A stretch of DNA of 64,000 nucleotides from Andalucia godoyi And28 (taxonomy: Eukaryota > Protista > Jakobida): NCBI GenBank assembly GCA_009859145.1, contig VRVR01000019.1, positions 133,290 through 197,289 of the forward strand. The letters run 5' to 3'. Numbering within the stretch: the first letter of the stretch is position 1; each line of letters starts with the position of its first letter. Shown in pieces: positions 22,104-32,988 of the stretch. Below the pieces are notes generated by a model. The model searched no databases. It had not been told where the DNA came from and was given only the letters and a program-made list of their open reading frames with translations. Position numbers and translations under genes: made by a program.

Positions 22104-25100
22104 ATGTCTCGAGCAGTGCTGTCGGATACATCTCGTCAGATTCTGTCTTCTGTGGTTGTGGAAGAAAGTCGACGGATTGCGAGTTATTGCTCGACCTTGT
22201 CGTTCGGAAGGTACCTTCGCTATCGACCTCGGACGGCATGGTGGCGACTGGGTGCCGTGGTGTTTACGCTTGTGTTGATGCTGATTGTCATTGTGCTGGA
22301 GTCGCTGGATGGAGTTGTCGACCGCAGGAATTCGACGATTTCTGAATTTGCAGTGCTGGTCTTTCTTGTTCTGTTGGGACTCGTAATTGATTTTCGCGAA
22401 TGGTACCTGCAGAACTCAGAAATGCTAACAAAGTATCGGTCTCATCTTTCACTTTTCGGATCACGGGTGTCTGCGGAGGAGAAACCCTTTTCTGATGAGG
22501 TTGCGTATTTCTTGTCGTTCTTATGCGAACGGGGGTACTTCGAGCATCTGAATGCGTACCAGTCACTGATTCGAGAGGTTCTGTGGCCAGTACTGCAGGA
22601 AGACGGGTCGTTTGCGCTGCAGCATGCGTTGCTCTGTGTGAAGGGAGACGTCATTCACGGCTCAGTAGCAACATGGATGCCGGATTACTTGCGCTGTCAT
22701 TCTGGCATATACAATGCACACTCGCGGAACATCGTCTCGGAATCCGAGGCAAATCCAATCACTTCAAGTATCCACCAGCGCTCTCAGCGATTTTCAGTGA
22801 ACGCCGCTTCCTTTGCCACCACGTCTAGCATGGATCGTGTGTCGTCATTCTTGCTCGGCGACGCTTGCCCAACCTGCGTTGCAACAAAGTGCATCGTCCT
22901 TGACGAGACTCCACTCTTTACAGTGTCTGAAATCATATTGACGACAGTTCGTGAAGAGAACGAGAGACGAGCAGATCGCCCCATGTCAACATTGGTGTCG
23001 CAGTTTCGAAAGGTAGTGTATCCACTGACTGTTCTCATGTTTGCAGGAATGTGGATCGTTTACGGATCCCTGTTTGGGCCGGACTCAATCATTTTTGTTG
23101 TGTCGTTCCTGTACATGGTTATGGCTTTGGAGTATCCAGTCATTCTCCACGCACTCTACTGGATCGGAAATGCATTCTTAGTTGCACAGTGGCATCCTAG
23201 TTTTTGGTCCAGAGGAGTTTCAAAAGATTCCGGGTTTCCCGGTCAGCAAAAGACTGAAGGACCGCCCGTCCAGGACGAGGATGCTTTTCGAGTTCCTGTA
23301 CGAGGCGAGAAACTCGACAAGGTTCGAAGACGTATTGCAGAAGAGATCCTGCATCCATCTCCAGTGTCAAGCCCTTTGCCAGTTGGCGAAACACGACCGA
23401 GGAGGGCGATGGGCAGCGAATTTGGCCTCTTTCAGGAGGACGTAGTTGTGCGAGAAGGTGACCACGGAAGAATGGAAACCGGGGACTGGAGCGAAGACGA
23501 TGACTCGGACATCAGCACGGATTCAGACGGAAGTTCGTCGGATGCTGGTGTTCCTCCGGAGGGCATCTGTGCACACTATCACGGAAAATCCGGTACAGAG
23601 CACGATACGCTTCCCGAGATGCAGGACTTTCGCAAACTTCCTCTTCCCATTCAGAAGACACCGGGAGTCGCGCTCATATTGAAATCACTGTGGAATGTCA
23701 TCAGCGCTAGTCCCACTTGTCTCGTCCGCAGCCGGAATCCGGTGGAGAATCTGGGGTGTGCAACAATATTTTCGTTTGTCCACCGGGATGGCATCCTTGG
23801 CAAGACACACCGGACGCCTGAGCAGATAACGTTTCTTACAGAAGCAGGCGAGGCCACTACTCTTCATCTTAGCTATGAAGAATCCTACACGAATCGCATT
23901 TCTTTTTCCGATCCCGATTGGCACAATCACATAGAATCCCTGAAGCCACTTGGGCTCCAGTTTCTGATGCATGCACCCGAGCGTCGTTTTTTCGATGGTG
24001 TTTTGCACACACATCGATCCTGGCGGCAGTTGCTCTGTCTGCTGGCAAAGGAAATAGGATTTGAAGCTGGCGTGCTTTCGCAGTACCATCCTGTAGCTTG
24101 CTTGTCCAAGGAAGCAGGGTCCGTAATTGAACTGCAAATTGAGACTGCGGAAACCGGCACCCAGATTCTGCTGGAAGGGTGCGGTGACCGAGTTCTTGCA
24201 CATTGTGCCGAGTATTTTTGTGGGAATGACATCAAGCCCCTGAGCACCGAACTGCGGAAGGAGCTATTGACGGTGCTTCTAAGTTGGATTCGCCAGCAGG
24301 ACATCATCCCTGTTGCGTTTGCGTGCCGAAATGTCGACGACGATGAAACGAACAGCAGCAGTCCTCCTCTTGCTGTTTCGGCAAGCACCCCAAGCGGCAT
24401 GTCGACGCAGCCGGAAGGCACAGCCGCCGCGACTTCTGAACTGACTGGCAGAGGTGTTCGAGTCCGGCAACCGTACGCAGGAGAAGAACACGGACAATGC
24501 GAAGTGTGCTCTTCATTGTTGCGCAATGTCGGGATGCATTCGGAAGAAGACGCTGCGACATCTTCGCATCTGAATTCTTCAAATATAGAACTTCATATGC
24601 AGACAGATGAGCTGGACGGCGAGTCTGCCAGTAACACGAAATCTTCTGCCGTTCAGCCGGACATCTTCATTGGATTTGCTGGCTTTGGACTGCGAGTCCG
24701 TCGATCTGCCCCGCAGTTTGCGCAGATGCTGCACGACGCCGGCATCCGCTTTGTCTATTTTGGTGAAGAAAGCGAGCGCCGGACGAAATCATTCGGCGCA
24801 AAACTGGGATTGGAAACCGATTGGAATTCTTGCATTTCTCTGGAGCCTCACAAGGATGCCGTTTCGTTGGATCTCTCGGACCTGAAGGCGCATCTGCCTC
24901 ACGGAATTCCGTCCATTCGTGATCATCTGCAGGACGTCGACGACGTTCCGCTGCTCGTCTCGCTGTTCTGCGATTCTCGACCCGAAGGAGTCGCGGACAT
25001 GACCTCGATTTATCATGAAAATGGCGACATTGTGTGCTGTGTCGGAAACGCGTCATCCCTGCGGCACTTGAAGACGTTTTTAACCGCGGATGTGACGCTT

Positions 25101-26108
25101 GGCACTGCACCTCATTTTACAAGCTGGATTCTGCCAGATGGCTTGCCCACGTCATCTGTGTCTGTTGCAGCCACGCTTCCGCACACCCACTTGTTTGAGT
25201 GTCTTTCGCTGTCGCTCTACGAAGCTCGCCGGGTTGCCCACAATGTGCGCCTTGCGCAAGCGGCGTGGGTCGTGCTGATCAGCGCCTTGATGACGCTTTT
25301 TGCAATTTCCGCGATTGCGCTGGGGATTGCGCCGCCGGTTTCTGGCACGCAGTTGTTGTTTGTGATTTGTGTCGTTTGTCCCTTGCTGATATTACCGCTG
25401 GTGAACACGGATGTCGACCCGAACATCTTGAAGACACTGCCGGAGAAAAACCGGCAGGTGCAAGACCCGTGGTTCTACGGAGGCCTTTGGGCACTACGTG
25501 TTCTTCCAAGTGCCATATTTCTGGCATTTCTTCACGCATGGCTCATATTTACGTTCCACATCGGTCTGTGCAGCAGCTCCGCAGCCAATGCGCAGTCGAG
25601 CAATGACGGCCCGTCGAGTTTTGGCAGTGTGTTTTGGACGGAAAAGTACGGAACTGCATATCTGGAGTCTTCGAAATCGTACTCGCCATTGTCATTGACG
25701 TCGTCGGTAACCGACTGTCATTCCTCATCGTCGCTTGCGTCTGTCGTCGCCGACGCAAACGCAACGGTTTTGTGGATCCTCACGCTGTACAGCATATTCT
25801 TGGTTTCCGGATTCATCCACAGAACGCAGTCCTTGTGGCAATTCAGTCCATGGAAGAACAATCGAACGTGGTGCATGATTGCAATCATTACTCTTGGTCT
25901 GCAGTCTCTCATGTCAGGCTTGGTATGGCCGATTCCGCTTTCCCGAATCCCTGTCGAGATCTGGGTGATTGCCATGGTTGCGTGGCCCATTGTCCTGCTC
26001 TTGACCACGGAGGCATCCAAGGCGCGCGATGCCAAGCTGTATGTACGCAATCAAAAGCGCTTACGCATTGTTTTTGACACGCGTCTCGGGATGCATTCCC
26101 CTGTCTAG
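22104..26108 (+). CDS. TMEM94: TMEM94 (KIAA0195/ERMA)-like P-type ATPase-related multi-pass membrane protein (1334 aa)
   Basis: AGIRFVYFGEESERRTKSFGAKLGLETDWNSCISL, HLPHGIPSIRDHLQDVDDVPLLVSLFCD and the C-terminal LRIVFDTRLGMHSP match TMEM94 (…EFDTKLGMNSPF). Multiple TM segments. Confidence 0.88.
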   Translation: MSRAVLSDTSRQILSSVVVEESRRIASYCSTLSFGRYLRYRPRTAWWRLGAVVFTLVLMLIVIVLESLDGVVDRRNSTISEFAVLVFLVLLGLVIDFREWYLQNSEMLTKYRSHLSLFGSRVSAEEKPFSDEVAYFLSFLCERGYFEHLNAYQSLIREVLWPVLQEDGSFALQHALLCVKGDVIHGSVATWMPDYLRCHSGIYNAHSRNIVSESEANPITSSIHQRSQRFSVNAASFATTSSMDRVSSFLLGDACPTCVATKCIVLDETPLFTVSEIILTTVREENERRADRPMSTLVSQFRKVVYPLTVLMFAGMWIVYGSLFGPDSIIFVVSFLYMVMALEYPVILHALYWIGNAFLVAQWHPSFWSRGVSKDSGFPGQQKTEGPPVQDEDAFRVPVRGEKLDKVRRRIAEEILHPSPVSSPLPVGETRPRRAMGSEFGLFQEDVVVREGDHGRMETGDWSEDDDSDISTDSDGSSSDAGVPPEGICAHYHGKSGTEHDTLPEMQDFRKLPLPIQKTPGVALILKSLWNVISASPTCLVRSRNPVENLGCATIFSFVHRDGILGKTHRTPEQITFLTEAGEATTLHLSYEESYTNRISFSDPDWHNHIESLKPLGLQFLMHAPERRFFDGVLHTHRSWRQLLCLLAKEIGFEAGVLSQYHPVACLSKEAGSVIELQIETAETGTQILLEGCGDRVLAHCAEYFCGNDIKPLSTELRKELLTVLLSWIRQQDIIPVAFACRNVDDDETNSSSPPLAVSASTPSGMSTQPEGTAAATSELTGRGVRVRQPYAGEEHGQCEVCSSLLRNVGMHSEEDAATSSHLNSSNIELHMQTDELDGESASNTKSSAVQPDIFIGFAGFGLRVRRSAPQFAQMLHDAGIRFVYFGEESERRTKSFGAKLGLETDWNSCISLEPHKDAVSLDLSDLKAHLPHGIPSIRDHLQDVDDVPLLVSLFCDSRPEGVADMTSIYHENGDIVCCVGNASSLRHLKTFLTADVTLGTAPHFTSWILPDGLPTSSVSVAATLPHTHLFECLSLSLYEARRVAHNVRLAQAAWVVLISALMTLFAISAIALGIAPPVSGTQLLFVICVVCPLLILPLVNTDVDPNILKTLPEKNRQVQDPWFYGGLWALRVLPSAIFLAFLHAWLIFTFHIGLCSSSAANAQSSNDGPSSFGSVFWTEKYGTAYLESSKSYSPLSLTSSVTDCHSSSSLASVVADANATVLWILTLYSIFLVSGFIHRTQSLWQFSPWKNNRTWCMIAIITLGLQSLMSGLVWPIPLSRIPVEIWVIAMVAWPIVLLLTTEASKARDAKLYVRNQKRLRIVFDTRLGMHSPV

Positions 26109-26759
26109 ACTCTCGAGTCTCGACTCGCCGCCGCCCATTTCACGCATTCACTTCGCCTTGGTGGTCCCCCCCCCCCTTCCCTTTTTTTTTTCCTTTTTCT
26201 TTTTGTTCCAGATGCAAACAAAGGTCTTTTCCCAGCTGGGTTTAGCGGCAACCCGACTCGTTTCCCAATTCGTCAGCGGGCTTGTGCAAGCAGATCTGCT
26301 CGGACTCCCCCTCTTTTTTTTCCCTCTCTCTTTTGCATGCGCTTCGCCATTTTCTTTCTCTCAAAGTGTAACCTGCCACCGTCGCATCAGTAGAGTCGAG
26401 AAAGTGGCGGACGTCCAGAGAGCGATGTTCAAGCGCCATAGCAGATTCGTAGGATCTCTGCGTTTTTCCTTTTTTGTGCTGCGCATTTCAACACCTGTTT
26501 TCATCGGTATGAGCAAACGAGTTTCCCGGACTCTCCGATCGCAGAGAATGGATGGCCGTTCTGGGTAATGTCCGGAGCGTTGGGACAGTGATTGATGCGC
26601 ATTGATTGTCACACTTCGTCCGTGACAGCGAGTGGTAGAATCCTCATCAGTCACACACGCATTGCATGCTCCAAAAGAAAAAAAAATTGGCCGACCGATC
26701 GGGGGTGACCCTTCTGGGTTTTCTCTCTCTTTTTTATTGAGCCCCTGTCTCTTTACTTG

Positions 26760-27265
26760 CCCCAACCCAACCCAACCCAACCCAACCCCACCCAACCCCA
26801 ACCCCGCCCAACCCCACCACTTTCGGAGGGGTCATCCGACCTCGTGTCTCCTCGATTCTCCAAAAAGAATTAGCAAATAAATAATAGCATCGCAAAAGCA
26901 AAAGCAAAAGCAAAAGCAAAAGCAAAAGCAAAGGAAAAAGAAAAAGAAAAAGAAAAAGAAAAAGAAAAAGAAAAAGAAAAAGAAAAGGGTATTACTTTTT
27001 CTGCTTCATTCTGTTCTGTTTCCTTCTGTTTCATTCTCGTAATCGACTTCTTCTTTTTTCAACCTCTTTTTTCACTTTCAAATTATTCCCAACTTCTTGG
27101 TGGCGAACTCCTGGCCTCATTCTCCATCATCCGGTAATCTTCTTCTGTCCACTTCTCTTTGTAATTAGCAATTTCTCTTTTTCTCTTTCCTCTTTCCTCT
27201 TTCCTCTTTCCTCTTTCCTCTTTCCTCTTTCCTCTTTCCTCTTTCCTCTTTCCTCTTTCCTCTTT
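26760..27265. repeat. Microsatellite cluster: (CCCAA)n ~26760-26816, (GCAAAA)n/(GAAAAA)n ~26892-26986, (CTCTTTC)n ~27183-27262
   Basis: Directly visible tandem arrays upstream of the PSP1-domain gene. Confidence 0.95.
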
Positions 27266-27697
27266 TCTCTTCTTCTCATTTTCTTTCTTTCTTCTCTTCC
27301 CTCCTTCTCTTCCCTCCTTCCCTTCTCCTTGTAATTATAATTGTAATTGTTTTTGTTATATTTAACTTGCTCTTCCTGTCCTGCCTCTCGAGCAACGCTA
27401 GAATCTGTCGTTCTCTTCGCCCACCTTACTTCGCTCGCTGTGACTCTTCCTGGTGTTCTCCGCAGATTTTGTTTACAACGTTGTCTTCGTATCGCCGTCT
27501 TCTGCTTCCCGCATATCTGTTGTTGGCTGCAGTGTGATTTGTGTTGTAATTATAGTGTAGAATTGGTGTAATTTTGGCAGAGGAGAGGTTGTTGTTGCGA
27601 CTGCTGGGGGATTTTATATTTGAGGAAGAGAGAAAAAAAAAGGAAGATACTAATTTACCAATACTTACATCAATAAGAAGAGGAAGAAGAAGAAGAA

Positions 27698-30046
27698 ATG
27701 GATCCTGTATATTCGAGTCATTTATGGACAAGTGCAGAGCCAGCAGGCGACCTGTCGTCTTCGGCGGCGAGCGCGAGCAACGGAATGTCTCTTGATTTTT
27801 CTCTGTCGTCTCTGTCTTCAACAGGCGCTATCGGATCCGGAATTGGTTCAAAGTCTGGCCGCACGTCTTCGAATGGCAGTACCGCGTCATCTCACTCAAC
27901 ATCCTTGTATGCAGATGCTGCCTCGAATTCCAATATTCCTTCCACTTCCACTTCGTCTTCATCTGCATCTGCATCTTTATCATCATCATTGGCATCCGCT
28001 TCAGCTTGTGCACCTACACATGCACCATCTTCGTTGTACAATTCAGGGAATGGATTCATGGGCGGCAGCACCGGTGCATCGAATTCCAGCAGTGGGAGTG
28101 GCTCCAGTTTTCACCAGTATCCTGCATACAATGGCATGTCTCCTGCCATGATGCATATGATCGGCTCTACAACAACTGGAAACGTTGGAAGGGGGCGGTC
28201 TTCGTCGTCGCCCGATGCGTACTGGACAGCGTCTCTTGCAGGAAATGCCTCGTCTTCTGGCTTGCCGCCGTCCCTTTCACACTCCTTTAATCAGCACAGC
28301 GCCGGCGAAGGAATGATGATCAAGGGCGGGCATTCCGGTTCTCATCCAGGCTCTGGTGCGTCGTCATTGTCATCTTCTCTGGGGTCTGGGTTCATGCGGC
28401 CGTATCCGCTGCATCGCGGGTCTCTTGACCAACAGTCCTCCACTTCGTCGACAAGCTCGACATCCACACTGATGTCTTCCTCTGCGGATGTACCGACTTC
28501 TTCGGGTTGGGGTTTCAGCGGGGTTTCAGCGTTGAGAACGACCCAATTCCAAATGGTTCGACAGGGATCATCCGGAGTAGTGTCGAACGTTCCGGCGATG
28601 CATACTTCTGGTTTCATTGGCGATGGGCAGGATGGGTACCTGGGACCATCATCTTTCCAAGACGTTGTCGGCCACGATAGAGACATTCGGTCCATCGAGG
28701 CAAGTATGGGAATGGGAATGGGTATCGGTATGGGAGTGGGAATGGACGACGACGATGCAGACGAGAGTCCTCGTGCATTCGGACAGCATAATCATCCGCA
28801 GAGGTTTGCTGTTCCTCGATCTGGCCATTCTGCGTCGCACCCGTACTCTCTGAACCAGGCGCCCGCTCACCACCAGAATCCATATCCGTCGCAGCAGACT
28901 CAAGGATATAACAGCTACGGCGCCGCGCCCGCATCACCCAACAGAGTTCCCAGTTCTCCATCACACCACTTCCAGGGGCTTGCACCGGGACATTCTGCAT
29001 CAAACCCCCTTCCCATGCCACATCATCATCCAAGTGGATATGCTCATTCTCACGGTCCACTGCACTTGCCCGCTTCTGCTACGTCTTCCAACATGTATCA
29101 GCAGCAGCACCAGCAGCAGCAGCAGCACCAGCAGCAGCAGCAGCACCAGCAACATCAGTCGTTTCAACCGAACCACTACGGTCATTCTATGCATCATCAG
29201 CATGCGGGGCCATTGTCGATGCAACAGCAACAGAGTGCTGCGGGCAGCATGTATCCGCCATCGCATGGACAAATGCCAAGTACCATGCATCCAATGCAAT
29301 ACAACAGTGGGCAAATGAATCCACAGGCACCTCCGCAATCGCAGCAGTCTCTCGGGTCTGGGAACAGCAGCTCCAGTGGGAGTGATTTGGAACCAGCTCC
29401 CGGAAGCCCAGGTCTAGCCCCTCAGATGTACGGTGGTGCGCCAGCAATGACAAAGCCAATTCAAAATGGCCCGGGTATGGGGGGCCGTCAACAGTCCTCG
29501 GGGAATGGCAACAACAATCCCAGTAACGGGAGCAGCACCTCGCAGATGCAAAACACGTCGATGGGATTGCCGTCCGTTAATGCTGTTCCACCACCGTCCG
29601 ATGGTCTTTGCTTCTACGAAGTAGAATTCAAGTCGCAGCGCCGGGGGTTGTTCAAAGCATCGTATCATGCAGTGTTCAAAGTTGGAGATTTCGCGATTGT
29701 TTCTGCTGACCGGGGAGAAGACCTTGGACGGATTCGGCGCGTCTTGGACCCGAGAAAGGTGAATCCCGAGAAAGTCTCCCGGTTTGTTATTCGTGTTGCG
29801 TCTGCAGCAGAGATTGCAGAGCTTGCTCGAAAGGCAGCGGACGAGGATTCCGCGGTTGCGTCTTGCCAGTTGCAGGTGCAGGAGCGTGGCTTGCCACTTT
29901 CCATTGTTGGTGCTGAATATCAGTTCGATCGAAATAAGCTGACGTTCTTCTACATCGCTGACGATCGAGTGGATTTCCGAGAACTCGTCCGTTCTCTATT
30001 TCGTCTGTACAGAGTCCGTATCTGGATGCAAAAGGCAGGGGAGTGA
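27698..30046 (+). CDS. PSP1 C-terminal domain protein with a long S/G/Q/H-rich low-complexity N-terminus (782 aa)
   Basis: YEVEFK...VGDFAIVSADRGEDLG...LPLSIVGAEYQFDRNKLTFFYIADDRVDFRELVRSLFRLYRVRIWM is the PSP1 signature. Confidence 0.9.
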   Translation: MDPVYSSHLWTSAEPAGDLSSSAASASNGMSLDFSLSSLSSTGAIGSGIGSKSGRTSSNGSTASSHSTSLYADAASNSNIPSTSTSSSSASASLSSSLASASACAPTHAPSSLYNSGNGFMGGSTGASNSSSGSGSSFHQYPAYNGMSPAMMHMIGSTTTGNVGRGRSSSSPDAYWTASLAGNASSSGLPPSLSHSFNQHSAGEGMMIKGGHSGSHPGSGASSLSSSLGSGFMRPYPLHRGSLDQQSSTSSTSSTSTLMSSSADVPTSSGWGFSGVSALRTTQFQMVRQGSSGVVSNVPAMHTSGFIGDGQDGYLGPSSFQDVVGHDRDIRSIEASMGMGMGIGMGVGMDDDDADESPRAFGQHNHPQRFAVPRSGHSASHPYSLNQAPAHHQNPYPSQQTQGYNSYGAAPASPNRVPSSPSHHFQGLAPGHSASNPLPMPHHHPSGYAHSHGPLHLPASATSSNMYQQQHQQQQQHQQQQQHQQHQSFQPNHYGHSMHHQHAGPLSMQQQQSAAGSMYPPSHGQMPSTMHPMQYNSGQMNPQAPPQSQQSLGSGNSSSSGSDLEPAPGSPGLAPQMYGGAPAMTKPIQNGPGMGGRQQSSGNGNNNPSNGSSTSQMQNTSMGLPSVNAVPPPSDGLCFYEVEFKSQRRGLFKASYHAVFKVGDFAIVSADRGEDLGRIRRVLDPRKVNPEKVSRFVIRVASAAEIAELARKAADEDSAVASCQLQVQERGLPLSIVGAEYQFDRNKLTFFYIADDRVDFRELVRSLFRLYRVRIWMQKAGE

Positions 30047-30708
30047 TCCTGTGGTTCGTTGGTTCCCTTGCGTGTGCTCCATTTTATTATTATTATTATT
30101 GTTATGCTCATCGTCATCATCATGTTCCATTGTGTCGTTTTTTTTTTTTTTTGTTGGCATGGATGTTTGCATGCCGTCTTTTCCAAAGATTGCAAGCAGA
30201 CCTTTTGCAATCCGCGGTTTATTTGTATTTTATTGTTTTCCCATTTTCATGAACTTACATGTGTGTGTGTGCGTGTATGTGTCTTCTGTTGTTTTCGAGG
30301 TTTTTAAATAGATCGTTTGTTAAAGTTTCTGTGCTTTTAAAAATTAATAATTATAATTATGAATTTAAACTTCGCCTTCATTGTGCACTAACCACGGATA
30401 ATCATCGCTGATCACCCATAATCAATGCTGCAACCCAACAACATGCATAATGCAACGCGGTGGCGTGTGTAAAGGGGTTTCATGATCAAAATGAGGGCGA
30501 AACGAATCGGGCATCGTGTGACGGAGTTGCTTAAGATGACAAGCGCATGCGCATGGGCGCGTGGCAGTGTTTTTGTTTGCGCGCGCTTGAGATTGCTCCG
30601 TCATATCGCGATAAGTGGCAGCGATTTATTGGTTTATTTTTATGTTTGTTACCTGTTGAAGTCATTCATGTATTATTTTATTTATTTTTAATTTAATCTA
30701 CGACGTCT

Positions 30709-32988
30709 TCATAGCGACGATGTCTTTGCAGCAGTGCTCGTTTTCTTCGGTTTTGACTGCCCACTGCGCACTTTTTCGGGATGCTCGGTCCTTGTGTTGG
30801 AAGGCACGGAACTCCTCTCCTCGGCCTCAGCAGCAACGGGCTTCGCCTTCTTACTGGGAAGAAGAATCCTTGTGGACTCCGCTTGCTCCTCCACTTCCTC
30901 ACTGCTCGCCTCAAGCTGAGGTCGCTTACGAGAGTTCTCAACTGGGATCGAGTCATCAATGTTGGGCTCATCGGTTTCTTCGAGATTCCGGTCCGCAGTG
31001 GGGATTTCGTTGCTGATCTTCTTGAGCTTGCAAACATAGAAGCCGTCCATATTGTGGACGTGAGGATAGATCCGACGACTGAGGCTCAAACTGGGGTGGA
31101 ACCGACGAGAGCGATACTTCACAAAACCGGGAACGCCAAACGGAAGGCCACTTTCCACGACCTTGACATTTCGTTTTCGCAGAGCATATGCAATGACGTC
31201 TTCGTTTTCTTCGACGGTGACTGTGCACGTTGAATACGTGATGTATCCGCCCGTTTTAGAATTCGCATCCACACAGTCGATGGCAGCAAGGATCAGCTGT
31301 TTTTGCAAGTACGCACAATCGCGAATATCGGAAAATTGTTTGGAGGTCTTGACAGACACATCCTTGGAGACGACACCAAGACCAGAGCAAGGAGCATCGA
31401 GCAACACTCGATCAAAGCCTTGCATGATCTTTGGATACTTGCGACCGTCATAGTTCGTTACAACAGCAATGCGAACACCCATTCGATGCAGATTGGCGTT
31501 TAACGCCTTCAGACGATCCTTGTTTGAATCGTTTGCAAACAGCGTACCCTCGTTTCGCATCAGGGCAGCCATGTAACTCGTCTTGCCTCCAGGAGCGGCT
31601 GCCATATCCAAGACACGCTCTCCCGGAAGTGGGTTCAAAGAAACGACTGGGAGGAAAGAGGACGCACTCTGAATCATATAGTGTCCTGCAAGGTACTCTG
31701 GTGTTGCTCCTACTGGAACTGCAGAATCAAAAATTTGCAGACCTACCTTGGACCACTCACCCAATGGGTCCAAATTCACACCGCGCGACAACAAAGCCTG
31801 TGCAAGATCACGGCGACGAACCTTCAGTGTATTTGCGCGGATTGTGACAGGGCGCGGCTGCTCGGAGGAATCAAGGTACGGCATGACCTGGTCCATCGGC
31901 AACAGCTGCAAGATGCGATCCATCACAAACTCATTGTATCCGTATACCGCACACAAGTCGCGCATCAAACTGTCGCGATATTCTGCGCGCGAGCGATTTT
32001 GGTCACGCAATTCGGAAAAATTTGCCAGTGTTTGCAAGGTTTTCTCCACCCGCTTCTTGACAATGTTCACATCCTCGGTTGACAGAACTCCCGGAATAAC
32101 AGTCGTCCCCGTTTCATCACCGTCCTCATTGTTCTTACTCCCATCTCGAGCAGATGTCTCTTCTCTTTCCGCGTTCAATTCCAAATCATCATCCCCGTCC
32201 ACTTCGCTTTCTTCCTCAGTGCCATCAGAATCAGTTTCCTCGTCTTCGTCATCCTGTTCGTCGTCGTCGTCTTCTTCTTCTTCGGACTCCGACTCCGACT
32301 CTGGTTCAACAACCTTCTTTCCCTTGTCAATGGTTGCTGCCTTGGGCGGAGCTTGTTTTGCAGCAGCGCCCTTCTTGCTGCCTTTTGAAAGAGCAGCCAT
32401 GTGTCTAAGTTCTGCCTCGGCTTCTTCTTCCTCCTGCTTCCGTCTCGCAGACTCCTTCTTCGCCTCTCGTTCAAATGCAGTCTCCTCTTCCGATTCATCA
32501 CCATCGCTATCGCCGTCACCTGCACCACCACGACCATTCGAATCTTCCTCAGAGCTGTCGCCCATTTCCAACACAGTCTTGTTTGTCTTTCGAACACCAA
32601 GCTGCTCAAAATTCTTCTTTTCCTTTGCACTCAACGCGGCCCTTGGTTTCTGCTCGACTACAACAGCCTTTTTCGCATTCTTCGCACTCTTGCTCGCAGT
32701 CCGTGACGCAGGCGCAACCGTCCCGTCTGACTCTGACTCTGACTCTGACGAAGGATTTACAAAACTGAATCCATCCTCTGCATCCACCATCTCCAGCTCT
32801 TCTTCTTCGCTCGAGAACTCATCCTCGTCTTTCGCATGCCTGGCACGTTTCGCAAAGTCCTTTGCAGACAAGAACTGCGACTTCCCGCCTTTCAAAGGCT
32901 TCGTTGGCGCAGCAACGACAGCAGCAGCAGACGTCCTCAAGGAGGCAGCCTTTGCAGGAACGGCCTTTTTCAGTTCTTGGCGAGCCAT
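30709..32988 (-). CDS. NOP2: NOP2/NSUN1 25S rRNA cytosine-C5 methyltransferase
   Basis: IRANTLKVRRRDLAQAL, VGATPEYLAGHYMIQSASSFLPV, LDMAAAPGGKT, FDRVLLDAPCSG, YSTCT.TVEENE, RIYPHVHNMDGF; acidic N-terminus. Confidence 0.97.
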   Translation of the reverse strand: MARQELKKAVPAKAASLRTSAAAVVAAPTKPLKGGKSQFLSAKDFAKRARHAKDEDEFSSEEEELEMVDAEDGFSFVNPSSESESESDGTVAPASRTASKSAKNAKKAVVVEQKPRAALSAKEKKNFEQLGVRKTNKTVLEMGDSSEEDSNGRGGAGDGDSDGDESEEETAFEREAKKESARRKQEEEEAEAELRHMAALSKGSKKGAAAKQAPPKAATIDKGKKVVEPESESESEEEEDDDDEQDDEDEETDSDGTEEESEVDGDDDLELNAEREETSARDGSKNNEDGDETGTTVIPGVLSTEDVNIVKKRVEKTLQTLANFSELRDQNRSRAEYRDSLMRDLCAVYGYNEFVMDRILQLLPMDQVMPYLDSSEQPRPVTIRANTLKVRRRDLAQALLSRGVNLDPLGEWSKVGLQIFDSAVPVGATPEYLAGHYMIQSASSFLPVVSLNPLPGERVLDMAAAPGGKTSYMAALMRNEGTLFANDSNKDRLKALNANLHRMGVRIAVVTNYDGRKYPKIMQGFDRVLLDAPCSGLGVVSKDVSVKTSKQFSDIRDCAYLQKQLILAAIDCVDANSKTGGYITYSTCTVTVEENEDVIAYALRKRNVKVVESGLPFGVPGFVKYRSRRFHPSLSLSRRIYPHVHNMDGFYVCKLKKISNEIPTADRNLEETDEPNIDDSIPVENSRKRPQLEASSEEVEEQAESTRILLPSKKAKPVAAEAEERSSVPSNTRTEHPEKVRSGQSKPKKTSTAAKTSSL

